Origin: a bacterium | GTDB lineage: Bacteria > UBA8248 > JACPRG01 > G963555815 | DNA: 64,000 nucleotides | Assembly (NCBI GenBank): GCA_965261595.1 | Contig: CBDHDG010000005.1 | Coordinates: 192,001-256,000, forward strand | Direction: 5' to 3' | Part shown: positions 10,470 to 20,142 of the stretch, in pieces | Layout: each line of letters starts with the position of its first letter | How positions within the stretch are numbered: position 1 is the first letter of the stretch | The notes under the pieces: model-generated | The model's database searches: none | What the model was told of the DNA's origin: nothing | Seen by the model: the letters and a program-made list of their open reading frames with translations, nothing else | Made by a program: the position numbers and the translations under genes

Positions 10470-11234
10470 ATGATGAGAAGCGGATACGGAAAAACGGACG
10501 GCGCCGGGGGAGGAGGCGGAAAATTTCGCTTCGCGGCTGGCTTGTTCATGGCCTTGTGGGTTGTGTCCTGTGCGGATCAAAGCCGGGAGATTGTCGAGCC
10601 GATCTGGTCGTATCGAATGGAGAAGCCTCCCGCTCCATGGGCGTCGGGCCGGGGGGAGTCCACGTTCGCCGAGATCGATTTGGGCGGGGATTTTTTCTTT
10701 CACAACCTGTACACGGGGGGCCTGATGGTGATTCGGGCCTTCCCGTTGAGTTTCCGCTACCGGCATTTCGAGTTGCCCGATCACGCGCGGCGGATTTATC
10801 GGGCGGTCCTGGAAGGGTGGGGGAACGACATGCGGGCCATCAAGGCCGGCCGGTTCCTCCCGCTGGACCGGGCCTGGACGTTGAATAAGGCAAACGGCCT
10901 GGAGCGGCTGGAGTTTCAGCTTCGCGGAGGGCTTTCCCGGCCTTTGATCGACGAGCTGGCCGAGAAGAAACACATCGAAGACGAGGTGCTCTTCGGCACG
11001 TCGGAAGAACGATTCGGGCCGGAAATCCGCAAAGCGAAGCGAAAACGCATCGAGCGGGAGCAAAGCCGCACCCAGGTTACAAGAGGGGCGCGGGGGAAGT
11101 TCATCCTCATCCTGAAGCGGGGCCGGAATCTGGACATCCTGTATGAATTCGTCTTTCTTGACCATGAGCTGGCCTTCCAAAGCACCGTGAAGGCTTTCAA
11201 CCGGATGGTGAAAAGTTTTCGGGTCCTGCAATGA
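10470..11234 (+). CDS. Hypothetical lipoprotein
   Basis: Signal with lipobox VVSC; in operon context between EamA gene and response regulator. Confidence 0.6.
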   Translation: MMRSGYGKTDGAGGGGGKFRFAAGLFMALWVVSCADQSREIVEPIWSYRMEKPPAPWASGRGESTFAEIDLGGDFFFHNLYTGGLMVIRAFPLSFRYRHFELPDHARRIYRAVLEGWGNDMRAIKAGRFLPLDRAWTLNKANGLERLEFQLRGGLSRPLIDELAEKKHIEDEVLFGTSEERFGPEIRKAKRKRIEREQSRTQVTRGARGKFILILKRGRNLDILYEFVFLDHELAFQSTVKAFNRMVKSFRVLQ

Positions 11235-11291
11235 GACGGCCGGAGGACGGTGAGGGAAGTCCTCCTTCGGGGGCGTTCGTGAGGAAATCGA

Positions 11292-11969
11292 TTGCGCGTT
11301 CTGGTTGTTGAAGACGAGGCCAAGGTGGCCAGCTTTATCGCCCGCGGCTTGGGAGAAGCCGGGTACACGGTGGACGTGGCGAGCCAGGGGCCCGCGGCGC
11401 TCGAGGAGGCCACGGTCAACGATTACGACCTGATCCTGCTCGACGTGATGCTGCCGGGCATCGATGGCTGGGAGGTCCTGTCCCAGTACCGGGAGGGCGG
11501 GGGGAATTCCCCGGTGATGATGCTCACGGCGCGGAACGCCGTGGAAGACAAGGTTCGCGGACTGGATTCCGGGGCGGACGATTACCTCACGAAACCGTTC
11601 GCCTTGACCGAGCTGCTCGCGCGCGTCCGGGCGCTGCTGAGGCGGGAGGACCGCAAGGCCCCCATTCTGAAGGTGTCCGACCTGGAGTTGAATCCGGCCA
11701 GCCGGGAGGTGCGGCGGGCGGAGAAGAAGATCAACCTCTCGGCGCGGGAATACGCCCTGCTGGAGTATTTCATGCGGCATCAGGACCGGATTCTCTCTCG
11801 CTCGATGGTCCTCGAACACGTCTGGGATTATTCCTTCGACCCCGAGACAAACGTCGTGGACGTCTATGTCAGCTATCTGAGGAACAAGATTGACCGGGGT
11901 TTCGATCCTCCGCTGATCCATACGATGCGAGGCGTGGGTTATCGGTTCGGCCTTCCGGAAAAGGCTTGA
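11292..11969 (+). CDS. OmpR/PhoB-family response regulator (CusR/CzcR-like)
   Basis: LVVEDE, LLDVMLP, GADDYLTKPF, TNVVDVYVSYLRNKID, TMRGVGY. Confidence 0.95.
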   Translation: MRVLVVEDEAKVASFIARGLGEAGYTVDVASQGPAALEEATVNDYDLILLDVMLPGIDGWEVLSQYREGGGNSPVMMLTARNAVEDKVRGLDSGADDYLTKPFALTELLARVRALLRREDRKAPILKVSDLELNPASREVRRAEKKINLSAREYALLEYFMRHQDRILSRSMVLEHVWDYSFDPETNVVDVYVSYLRNKIDRGFDPPLIHTMRGVGYRFGLPEKA

Positions 11970-11995
11970 CGGGGGCGCTGTCAAGGGATGGATGA

Positions 11996-13453
11996 ATGGG
12001 GTCCATGAAATCGCTCAGATTTCGGTCGATGGGTCTCAAGGCGCGCCTGACCCTGTGGTATTCGGGTGTGATGGCGGCGCTCCTGCTTGCCGTCAGCCTG
12101 GTCGTTTACGCGGCCGTCGGCCACCAGCTCCGTTCGAACCTGGATGGTTCGCTCCGGGCCGCGGGAAACGCCCTGGCCGCCTTTGATCGTCCCGACCTCA
12201 CCGCTCCGCCAGAATCGCTCCTGTCAAAGCTCTTCCCGGGTTTGCCCGTGAGCCGGATGTTCGACCGGATGGTTCAGGTCCTGGACCCGGAGGGCGAGGT
12301 TCGGATGCGGCCCTTGTCGCTGGGCGGGACGAAGATCAAACTGAGCGCCCTCGCCCGCCGAAACGCCGCCTCGGGACGGATCACCCTCGAAACCGTCCAC
12401 CCGCCCAACCGGCCGGCCATCCGGGTGTTGACCCAGCCCGTCATCCGGTCCGGCCGGGTGGTCAATTTCGTCCAGGTCGCGGCCTCGTTCGGCGAGGTCA
12501 ACGGGACCCTGCGGCGGCTGGCCCTGATTCTCCTGGCGGTGGTTCCCTCGGCGGTCCTGCTGGCCGGCTTCGGCGGGTGGAACCTGGCCAAGCGGGCGAT
12601 GCGCCCGGTGGACGAAGTCGTCGCCGCGGCCCGGCGGATCACCGCCGAGCGATTGAACGAGCGGATCGCCCGGCCCGACTCCGAGGACGAGATCGCCCGC
12701 TTAGTGGATACGCTGAACGCCATGATCGCCCGCCTGGAGGCGGCCTTCGATCGGGTCCGTGAGTTCAGCGGCGACGCCTCGCATGAGCTGAAGACCCCGC
12801 TGACCATTCTTCGGGGCGAAGCGGATCTGCTCCTGTCCTCCGACCGGACGGTCGAGGACTACAGACGGGGGCTGGGCGTGATCCGGGACGAGAGCGGCCG
12901 AATGGGCGGGATTGTGGAAGACCTGCTGACGCTGGCCAAGGCGGACTTGGGGGCCACACAGCTTCATTTTGCGCCGGTGGATCTGGGGGACCTGGTCGGC
13001 GAGGTCTATGAGAAGGCGAAGACCCTGCCGGAGGTGGACCGGAAGGTGTTTACGCTGAGCAGGCGGGACCCGTTGGTGATCGAGGGGGATGCGGACCACC
13101 TTCGACAGACCGTCATGAATCTGGTCGTGAACGCGTTTCGTTATACGCTGCCCGGGGGCGAGATCGATCTCTCCCTGACCCGAATGAATGGCAGCGCGAT
13201 GATCGCCGTGAAGGACACCGGAATCGGGATCGCCGAAAAAGATATCGGCCGCATCTTCGACCGGTTCTACCGCTCGGCCGAGGCCCGGGAGATGGGCGCG
13301 GAGGGCACGGGACTCGGCCTCAATATCTGTCGGTTGGTGTCGGAGGCCCACGGCGGGGTCATCCGGGTGGAAAGCCACCCGGGGCGCGGAAGCACTTTCA
13401 CCGTCGAGCTGCCCTTGGATCCGGAGGCCCATCCGGAGGATGAGACCGCCTGA
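11996..13453 (+). CDS. Sensor histidine kinase with HAMP domain (CusS/CzcS-like)
   Basis: 2 TM, HAMP, DASHELKTPL H-box, N/G1/F/G2 boxes. Confidence 0.95.
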   Translation: MGSMKSLRFRSMGLKARLTLWYSGVMAALLLAVSLVVYAAVGHQLRSNLDGSLRAAGNALAAFDRPDLTAPPESLLSKLFPGLPVSRMFDRMVQVLDPEGEVRMRPLSLGGTKIKLSALARRNAASGRITLETVHPPNRPAIRVLTQPVIRSGRVVNFVQVAASFGEVNGTLRRLALILLAVVPSAVLLAGFGGWNLAKRAMRPVDEVVAAARRITAERLNERIARPDSEDEIARLVDTLNAMIARLEAAFDRVREFSGDASHELKTPLTILRGEADLLLSSDRTVEDYRRGLGVIRDESGRMGGIVEDLLTLAKADLGATQLHFAPVDLGDLVGEVYEKAKTLPEVDRKVFTLSRRDPLVIEGDADHLRQTVMNLVVNAFRYTLPGGEIDLSLTRMNGSAMIAVKDTGIGIAEKDIGRIFDRFYRSAEAREMGAEGTGLGLNICRLVSEAHGGVIRVESHPGRGSTFTVELPLDPEAHPEDETA

Positions 13454-13642
13454 ATCGGTCACCCGGAATGGTTTCAGGTCAATCATTTCATCCATCCAAT
13501 CGGGGGAATGCGGAATCGCTTGATGGCGGTGTTTTGTCCATTGAATTGATAATCCATTCTGTTTCAATCAGTTATATGAATTTTATTGCTTCAGTCGCAC
13601 CTGGATCTCCCCCCCAAATCTTTGTTCGCGAATTAGATGATT

Positions 13643-13685
13643 TTAATGTTCTCTTAACTGTCCTCTAATGTTGGCGGCCTATATT
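13643..13685 (+). promoter_or_regulatory. Putative OmpR-family binding site (11-bp periodic TTAA/TTAA/CTAA) followed by -10-like TATATT
   Basis: TTAA at 13643 and 13654, CTAA at 13665; TATATT at 13680-13685; AT-rich spacer upstream of degP. Confidence 0.4.
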
Positions 13686-13992
13686 CAGTGTCGACCATTC
13701 GGAGTGAAGTTGGGGAAAGGGACCTCCCAACCAATCTCCGGCTTAAGAGGGACGCGCGTACTACCTCCCAACGCCTTCCCTCATGGCCAACGGCGGGGGG
13801 CTTACGCCCCCCGCCACTCCCCAAAATATCCGGAATTCGACAACACCCGGAACACGGGTTGGCGGATGACTTTGAATTCGAATGAATATCCGTGCGCATG
13901 CGCTTCACCATTTCCCGGGCGCTTCATCATTTCCAATGTGTTTCAAAGGGGAGACTTCCTTTGACAATCCAGGGTCCCGCTGGAGAGCCAAG

Positions 13993-15474
13993 ATGTTGAA
14001 GAAAATCAGAAAGGTGGTGTGGGTGCCGTTGATGTTGGCGATCCTCCTGACCGGCGCGTTCACGGCCGGAGGTGTTCTGAGGGGCTCTGGGCCCGCGCTG
14101 AACGCGGCCGAAGCCGCCCCCCCGGCCGGGGCGATCGCCGGGCTGCCTTCCTTCCGGGAGCTGGTCGAGCGCGTCAAGCCCACGGTCGTGAACATCCGTG
14201 TGGTTCAGAAGGTGGCGCGGAGCTCTTTCTCCGAGAAGATGCCTTCCCAGGGGCATCCCTTTCAGGAGGGGCCCTTCGGGGACCTGTTCCGCCGCTTTCG
14301 TGACAGGGGGCCGGGCGCGAGACGTCCCACGCCCGATTTCCACCGCCGGGGACTTGGCTCGGGCTTCATTTACAGCCGTGACGGCCTCATTGTGACCAAC
14401 AACCACGTGGTCCGGGGGGCCGACGAGATCCGCGTGACCCTGCACGATGGCCGGACCTTCGAGGCCAAAGTCCTGGGGCGCGATCCCAAAACGGACTTGG
14501 CCCTGTTGAAGATTACGGAAAAGGTCGATCTGCCGGCCGTGACCTTCGGCGATTCCGACGCCCTGGCCGCCGGCGACTGGGTGTTGGCCATTGGAAATCC
14601 GTTCGGCCTCGGCCACACGGTCACCGCCGGGATCGTCAGCGGAAAGGGCCGTTCCATCGGGGCGGGACCGTACGACGATTTCATCCAGACGGATGCCTCG
14701 ATCAATCCCGGCAACTCGGGCGGTCCGCTGTTCAACGTCCGGGGCGAAGTGGTAGGCGTCAATACGGCCATCCTCCCGAACGGACGGGGGATCGGATTCT
14801 CCATCCCCATCAACCTGACCCGCGATGTCGTCGGCTCTCTCAATGCCCGGGGTTATGTGTCGAGGGCTTGGCTGGGCGTTCAGATTCAGAATGTGACGCC
14901 CGGGCTGGCGAAGGCGTTTGGCCTGAAAAAGGGCCGGGGCGCCTTGGTGGCCGAGGTGCTGCCCGACGGCCCCGCCGAGAGGGCGGGCATGAAGCGCGGC
15001 GATGTCATCGTCAGCTTCGCCGGCCGGAAGGTCGACAGCGCCCGGGCGCTTCCCGCGCTTGTGGCCCGCGCGGCCATCGGGAAAGTGGTGAAGGTCCAGG
15101 CTGTCCGAAACAGAAAGAACCGGACGTTCACCGTCTCCCTGGATGAGATGAAGGACGCGGCCCGGAAGGTCTCCCCGGCCAAGAAAACCGGATATCACAT
15201 CGGGGTCCAGGTTCGGCCCCTGAGCGAGGGGGAGATTGCCCAGCTCGGCTTGGAAAAGGGGACGGGCCTGCGAATCGTCTCGGTCGTTCCGGGCAGCCCC
15301 GCCGCGCGCGGCGGTTTGCGGAACGGAGATGTCATCGTCGAGGTGAACGGCAAGCCCGCCGGGAAGGTGGAAATTCTCCGGTCCGAAGCGGCCTCGGCTG
15401 ATAAGGACATGGGCCTTCTCCTGCTCGTGAAGAGGAACCGGGGAAGCCTCTACCTGGCGATTCCCAAGGGCTGA
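13993..15474 (+). CDS. degP: Do/DegP(HtrA)-family periplasmic serine protease with two PDZ domains
   Basis: Signal peptide, GLGSGF, TNNHVV, TDLALL, INPGNSGG, two PDZ-like regions. Confidence 0.93.
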   Translation: MLKKIRKVVWVPLMLAILLTGAFTAGGVLRGSGPALNAAEAAPPAGAIAGLPSFRELVERVKPTVVNIRVVQKVARSSFSEKMPSQGHPFQEGPFGDLFRRFRDRGPGARRPTPDFHRRGLGSGFIYSRDGLIVTNNHVVRGADEIRVTLHDGRTFEAKVLGRDPKTDLALLKITEKVDLPAVTFGDSDALAAGDWVLAIGNPFGLGHTVTAGIVSGKGRSIGAGPYDDFIQTDASINPGNSGGPLFNVRGEVVGVNTAILPNGRGIGFSIPINLTRDVVGSLNARGYVSRAWLGVQIQNVTPGLAKAFGLKKGRGALVAEVLPDGPAERAGMKRGDVIVSFAGRKVDSARALPALVARAAIGKVVKVQAVRNRKNRTFTVSLDEMKDAARKVSPAKKTGYHIGVQVRPLSEGEIAQLGLEKGTGLRIVSVVPGSPAARGGLRNGDVIVEVNGKPAGKVEILRSEAASADKDMGLLLLVKRNRGSLYLAIPKG

Positions 15475-15524
15475 CCGGCCCCGCGAACGGTTGCCTTAAA
15501 CGGATGACCCGGTTGGGATTTTCA

Positions 15525-15567
15525 GGCGGCGCGGAGACGCGCGGGAGCGTCTCCGCCCGCCGCTTTT
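15525..15567 (+). terminator. Putative intrinsic terminator after degP
   Basis: GCGGAGACGC (15531-40) / GCGTCTCCGC (15547-56) stem, short T run at 15564-67. Confidence 0.5.
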
Positions 15568-15648
15568 GCCACGGACCGAAGGGACCGAATGGTCCGGGGG
15601 ACCGCAAGGTCCGAGGGTCCGAAGGTCGCCCGGCCGGGAGGCAAGGCC

Positions 15649-16263
15649 ATGTCCGATGACGAGACGCCCACGGTCCTGGGGGTTTTATCGGACACCCATG
15701 GGTTCCTGGATCCCCGGGTGTTCGATATCTTCGACGGGGTCGACCACATTCTGCACGCCGGGGATCTGGGGTCGGAGTCCGTGGCCGTCGAGTTGGAGGC
15801 CATCTCGCCCGTGACGGCGGTGGCCGGAAACGTGGACGCGCATCTGCCGCCGGGCCGATTCCCGGCCTTGCGCCTTTTTCAGGCCGGACGAACGATGATT
15901 CTCGTCGTCCATGAAGCCATCGTGCGGGGAAAGCCCCTGCCTGCTGTCGGAGACCATGTGCGCGATCACCGCGCCGATCTTGTCATCTTCGGTCACACCC
16001 ACAAACCCTACGCCGGCTGGCCGGCCCCGGGCGGGGGTGGGAGCGGGGGAGGGGGAGGGGGAGGGGATTGCTTTTTTTTCAATCCGGGAAGCGCGGGCAA
16101 GAAAAGGTTCACCCTCCCGAGAACGGTTGGCCGGCTGGTGGTGGCACCCGGAGGCGGGATCGCCGGCCGGTTGATCTCCCTCGAGGGCCGGACGGAGGAT
16201 GAGAGGGAGTTTGCGGCGCCGGGGCGGGAAGCCGCCGGGCCGGGTGTCGAAACGCTTTCTTGA
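15649..16263 (+). CDS. Metallophosphoesterase (YfcE/MJ0936 family)
   Basis: SDTHG, HAGD, GNVD, GHTH, FNPGSAG. Confidence 0.9.
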   Translation: MSDDETPTVLGVLSDTHGFLDPRVFDIFDGVDHILHAGDLGSESVAVELEAISPVTAVAGNVDAHLPPGRFPALRLFQAGRTMILVVHEAIVRGKPLPAVGDHVRDHRADLVIFGHTHKPYAGWPAPGGGGSGGGGGGGDCFFFNPGSAGKKRFTLPRTVGRLVVAPGGGIAGRLISLEGRTEDEREFAAPGREAAGPGVETLS

Positions 16264-16477
16264 GCGGAACAAAGTCGGCGTCGATCCAAGCGCGCGAGGA
16301 AGAGAGGCGGGGGAGGGGGGCGCGATTCGCGGCCGCCGGCCCGTCCCGAAGACAAGCGCGAGCGGGCGGCGGGAAATCCGGGTCGAACCTTGTCATCCAT
16401 GGGCGGCCGGACTACTGTAAAATACCATTCACCTTTGACTCCGGTTGGATGTCCAAGGCATCAGGGGGAGGAGAACG

Positions 16478-18211
16478 TTGAGCGTCATTCTGGCGAGGAC
16501 GGCGGGTTACTGCTGGGGCGTGAAGCGGGCCATCGACATCGCGATGGATATCGCCAAGGAAAATGAAGGGGAGGCCATCCTCACCCACGGTCCGCTGATT
16601 CACAACCCGCAGGCCGTCGACCTGCTCAAACAGAAAAAGGTTCGTCCCATCGAGGAGGACGAAGTCCCGAGCGGGGGGACGGTGGTCGTGCGCGCCCACG
16701 GCGTGAGCCCCGAGACCCGGGCGGAAATCAAGGGCTGGGGGGTCAAGTTGAAAGACGCGACCTGCCCCATCGTGGCGCACGTCCAGGGAAACATCAAAAA
16801 GCACGCCCACAAAGGCTATTCCACGGTCATCATCGGCGAGGAAGGCCACCCCGAAGTCATCGGCCTTTTGGGATTCACCGGGGGGCGGGGGCACGTGGTC
16901 AGGACGGTCGAAGAGGTCGAGGCCCTGCCCGCGCTGGAGAAGGTCAACGTCGTCGCCCAGACCACGACGAACACGCTCGAATACGACGCCCTCGTCGCCG
17001 CCCTGAGGCGGCGGTTTTCCGTCTGCGAGGTGACCAACACGATTTGTCATGACACCATCGACCGGCAGGACGAGATTGTCAGCCTGGCCCGGTCGGTGGA
17101 CGCCATGGTGGTCATCGGCGGACACAACAGCGGCAACACGCAGCGGCTGGCGGAGATCTCCAGGTCTTTCGGCAAGCCCACCTGGCATGTGGAAACCGAG
17201 GCCGAGCTCGACGTGGATGCCGTCAGCCGGCACGAAGACGTGGGCGTCATCGCTGGCGCCTCCACGCCCAGTTGGATGATCCAGCGCGTGATGGACGCCA
17301 TCCAAGACGCCAAGGGCGAGCGATCGGCCCTGGGGACCGGCTGGCAGCGCGTCGCGGGCTTTTTCCTGAAAACCAACGTTTATGTGGCGGCCGGCGCGGC
17401 GTTGATGACCCTGCTGGCCTCGATGCTTCAGGGAATCCGGCCGGCGACCTGGTACTTCCTCGTTCCGGCCCTTTACATCTTCGCGATGCACACCTTCAAT
17501 TACTGCCGGAACGTCGAATCCAGCCGATACAACGACCCGTCCCGGGCGCGGTTCTACGAGCGGTTCAGGCGCTGGATGTACGGAGCTGCCGGCTTGGCGC
17601 TGGTCGCGGCGCTCGGGGTGGTCGGCGCCCACTCGTTGTCGGCGTTCTTCATCCTTCTCGTCGCGAGCCTCGCGGGATCGGTCTATTGCCTTCACCTGGA
17701 GCCGACCCGCTTCAAGCGGCTCGACCTCTGGCTGCTCCCGGCCTCCAAGTGCATGATGACGCCGGCGGCCTGGGTGCTGGTGACGGTGGTCCTTCCCCTG
17801 TTTCTGACCCCGCTGGGGCCGGTGGGGGCCCTTTCGGCGGGAACCGCCGTCACCGGCCTCTGTGTGGCCATGCTGGTCTTTTCCGTCACGGCCATGGTGG
17901 ACCTGCGCGACATCCAGGGGGACCAGATCGTCGGCAAAGAGACGCTGCCCATGCTCATCACCACCTGGATGACCCGCAAGGCGATCTGGGCCGTTTCGGG
18001 GGGGATGTCCATCTTGTTGATCATGTCCGCTTGGATGGGCTGGGTCTCGCCGCTGGGTTATGCGCTGCTCCTCTCCCCCGTGTACACGGCCTGGGTCCTC
18101 CACTACACCCATCAGCGCAAGGTGATGAACCTCCTGGTCAGCCAAACCCTCATCGAAGGGTGTGTCGTTCTGCCGGGGATCATCGGGTTGGCGTTTTTCC
18201 TGCTTCGTTGA
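16478..18211 (+). CDS. ispH: 4-hydroxy-3-methylbut-2-enyl diphosphate reductase fused to a C-terminal UbiA-like membrane domain
   Basis: AGYCWGV, HGPLIHN, DATCPIV, TICHDT, GASTP; C-terminal ~8 TM with DLRDIQGD. Confidence 0.9.
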   Translation: MSVILARTAGYCWGVKRAIDIAMDIAKENEGEAILTHGPLIHNPQAVDLLKQKKVRPIEEDEVPSGGTVVVRAHGVSPETRAEIKGWGVKLKDATCPIVAHVQGNIKKHAHKGYSTVIIGEEGHPEVIGLLGFTGGRGHVVRTVEEVEALPALEKVNVVAQTTTNTLEYDALVAALRRRFSVCEVTNTICHDTIDRQDEIVSLARSVDAMVVIGGHNSGNTQRLAEISRSFGKPTWHVETEAELDVDAVSRHEDVGVIAGASTPSWMIQRVMDAIQDAKGERSALGTGWQRVAGFFLKTNVYVAAGAALMTLLASMLQGIRPATWYFLVPALYIFAMHTFNYCRNVESSRYNDPSRARFYERFRRWMYGAAGLALVAALGVVGAHSLSAFFILLVASLAGSVYCLHLEPTRFKRLDLWLLPASKCMMTPAAWVLVTVVLPLFLTPLGPVGALSAGTAVTGLCVAMLVFSVTAMVDLRDIQGDQIVGKETLPMLITTWMTRKAIWAVSGGMSILLIMSAWMGWVSPLGYALLLSPVYTAWVLHYTHQRKVMNLLVSQTLIEGCVVLPGIIGLAFFLLR

Positions 18212-18270
18212 GGGACCGGACGCCGGGGGGGCGCGCGGCGGCCCTCCGCCCGGATGAGGAGGAAGTCCCG

Positions 18271-19152
18271 TTGCCCCTTCTTCGGACCCTTCTGTTCGTC
18301 CCGGCGACGAATCCCGGCCGGATCCCCAAAGCCCTCGCGTCCGGCGCGGACGCGGTGATCGTCGACCTGGAGGACGCCGTCTCCTTTGAGCGGAAGGCCG
18401 AGGCCCGGGATTCGGTGGCGCGTTTTCTGGAAGAGAACCCGGACCGCCGGGGCCCGCCCCTGTATGTCCGGGTGAACGGCCCGGGGACGCCGTGGATGGA
18501 CGAAGACGTCGAAGGGGTCGTGCGTCCCGGACTTTCAGGGATCTTTCTTCCCAAGTCTCAACGCCCGGAGGAGGTTTCCGCCTTGGGGGATCGGGTCGGG
18601 GCCCTGTCGAAGAAGAGAACCTGTGAGGCGCCCCGGCTCGTGCCGATTGTCGAGACCGCTTTGGGTCTTCTCCATGCTTTCGAGATCGCTTCGGCGGATT
18701 CCGGGTGCGCGGCGCTGGCCTTGGGCGGGGAGGATTTCGCTCGGGACATCGGCGCGGTGCGAACCCCGTCGGGCGAGGAGATTGCCTTGGCCCGGATGCG
18801 GGTTGTCCTGGGGGCGAGGGCCGCGGGCGTCCTCCCGATCGATACGGTGTACACGGATTTCCGGGATGAAGCGGGTTTGTCGCGCGATGCCGAGCGCGCG
18901 CGCCGGCTCGGGTTCGCCGGCAAGCTGGTGATCCATCCCTGCCAGGTCGGGACGGTCAACCGGGCGTTTTCGCCGAGCCCCATCGAGATCCGGCGGGCGC
19001 GGGAGGTGGTTGCGGCCTTCGAGGCCGCCCGGGAAAGGGGCGAGGCCGTGGCCCAGCTGGACGGAAGGATGTTGGACCCGGCCGTCGTGGATCAGGCCCG
19101 CCGGGTCGTTGAGCTGGCGGAAGAGCAATCCCGGGTGGAGGCGTTGTCTTGA
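18271..19152 (+). CDS. HpcH/HpaI aldolase / citrate lyase beta (CitE)-like CoA-ester lyase
   Basis: RTLLFVP, DLEDAV, YVRVN, IVETALG, GGED, GKLVIHPCQ; GGAGG upstream of TTG. Confidence 0.88.
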   Translation: MPLLRTLLFVPATNPGRIPKALASGADAVIVDLEDAVSFERKAEARDSVARFLEENPDRRGPPLYVRVNGPGTPWMDEDVEGVVRPGLSGIFLPKSQRPEEVSALGDRVGALSKKRTCEAPRLVPIVETALGLLHAFEIASADSGCAALALGGEDFARDIGAVRTPSGEEIALARMRVVLGARAAGVLPIDTVYTDFRDEAGLSRDAERARRLGFAGKLVIHPCQVGTVNRAFSPSPIEIRRAREVVAAFEAARERGEAVAQLDGRMLDPAVVDQARRVVELAEEQSRVEALS

Positions 19153-20060
19153 ATATTCAGAAACGGCCCCGGACCCTCCGGCCGGTTCTCCTGCTGGCCG
19201 TGCTCTGCTGGGGAGTCTCGGGGGAGGCCATCGCCCAGAACAAACCGGCGCTCATCGCGCCCCCGCTCGACAGTGTTTTGAAGCGCTTTTCCCGCCGGAT
19301 CGACCCCGCCCTGAAAAAGGTCATCGAGGAGCGCCGCCGCCAGCTCATGAAGATGGGGTGGCTGGAGTTCTGGGAGAGGGAGCAGGACGTCTGGGAACGC
19401 ATCGTGCGGCATCGAGCGGAAGAGGAATCCATCGATAAGCGGCTGTTTTCGCTGGAAAGGGAGAAGGGGAAAGTCCTCGGCCGGCTGCGCAGGCTTTACC
19501 GCGAGAAGAGCCCGCTCTCCAAGAGAATGAACGACCTATTGGTCCTTCGGAATCTTTCCCATTCCATCCTGCCGCTCGCCGCGAAGCGGTCCAAGGCCTC
19601 CGGGGAGATCAGGACCTTGTTGCAGGAATGGATGCTCTTTCAGGACCTGGCCCAGGATCTTGTCCGAAGAGAATCCGGACGCGGCCAACAGGAGCTCGCC
19701 GCCGGGATCATCGGCCGCTTCCTCGGTGCATTCCTGAAGGGGAACACCAAAGACATCTCCCGGCTCATGCTCCGGGGCGTCCGTGTCAACGGCCACTTCG
19801 ACCGGCGGGCTTATCTCAGGCATCTACAGAACTATTTCGGGCGCGTTCGCGTGACGTCCTACAGGGTCAAGGACCGGGACTTCCGCGAGGTGAACCCGTT
19901 CACCCTTCGGGTCCGGGGGAAGTACGAGATAGAGGAAACTGAAATCGTCAAGGAGAAGGGAAAGAAGCCCCGGCAAAGAGGGCGAACCGGGAAGGTCTCC
20001 TTCACCCTGAGGGAGATTGGCGGAAATTGGTTGATCTCGAAGATGAGCGTGCCCGAATGA
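19149..20060 (+). CDS. Hypothetical exported protein (coiled-coil N-part, NTF2-like C-part)
   Basis: Signal peptide; C-terminus '..FTLREIGGNWLISKM' typical of NTF2-like folds; overlaps citE stop. Confidence 0.55.
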   Translation: MNIQKRPRTLRPVLLLAVLCWGVSGEAIAQNKPALIAPPLDSVLKRFSRRIDPALKKVIEERRRQLMKMGWLEFWEREQDVWERIVRHRAEEESIDKRLFSLEREKGKVLGRLRRLYREKSPLSKRMNDLLVLRNLSHSILPLAAKRSKASGEIRTLLQEWMLFQDLAQDLVRRESGRGQQELAAGIIGRFLGAFLKGNTKDISRLMLRGVRVNGHFDRRAYLRHLQNYFGRVRVTSYRVKDRDFREVNPFTLRVRGKYEIEETEIVKEKGKKPRQRGRTGKVSFTLREIGGNWLISKMSVPE

Positions 20061-20142
20061 TCCCCGGCCGGGGTTCCGTTTCCGGAACCCGAGAGACCCC
20101 CCGTTTGAATCCCCCCTCCCCCCCGCCGCGAAGGAGGCCGAC

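Noticed and set aside
13690..13820. c-di-GMP-I riboswitch in the degP leader
   Set aside because: Only fragmentary resemblance (GGAAAGGGAC, CTCCGGCTTAA); required GCAAA motifs and GNRA-capped stem not found
16028..16066. Poly-Gly insert in the metallophosphoesterase as a functional feature
   Set aside because: Encoded by a G-rich low-complexity tract like other suspect patches; may be base-calling noise
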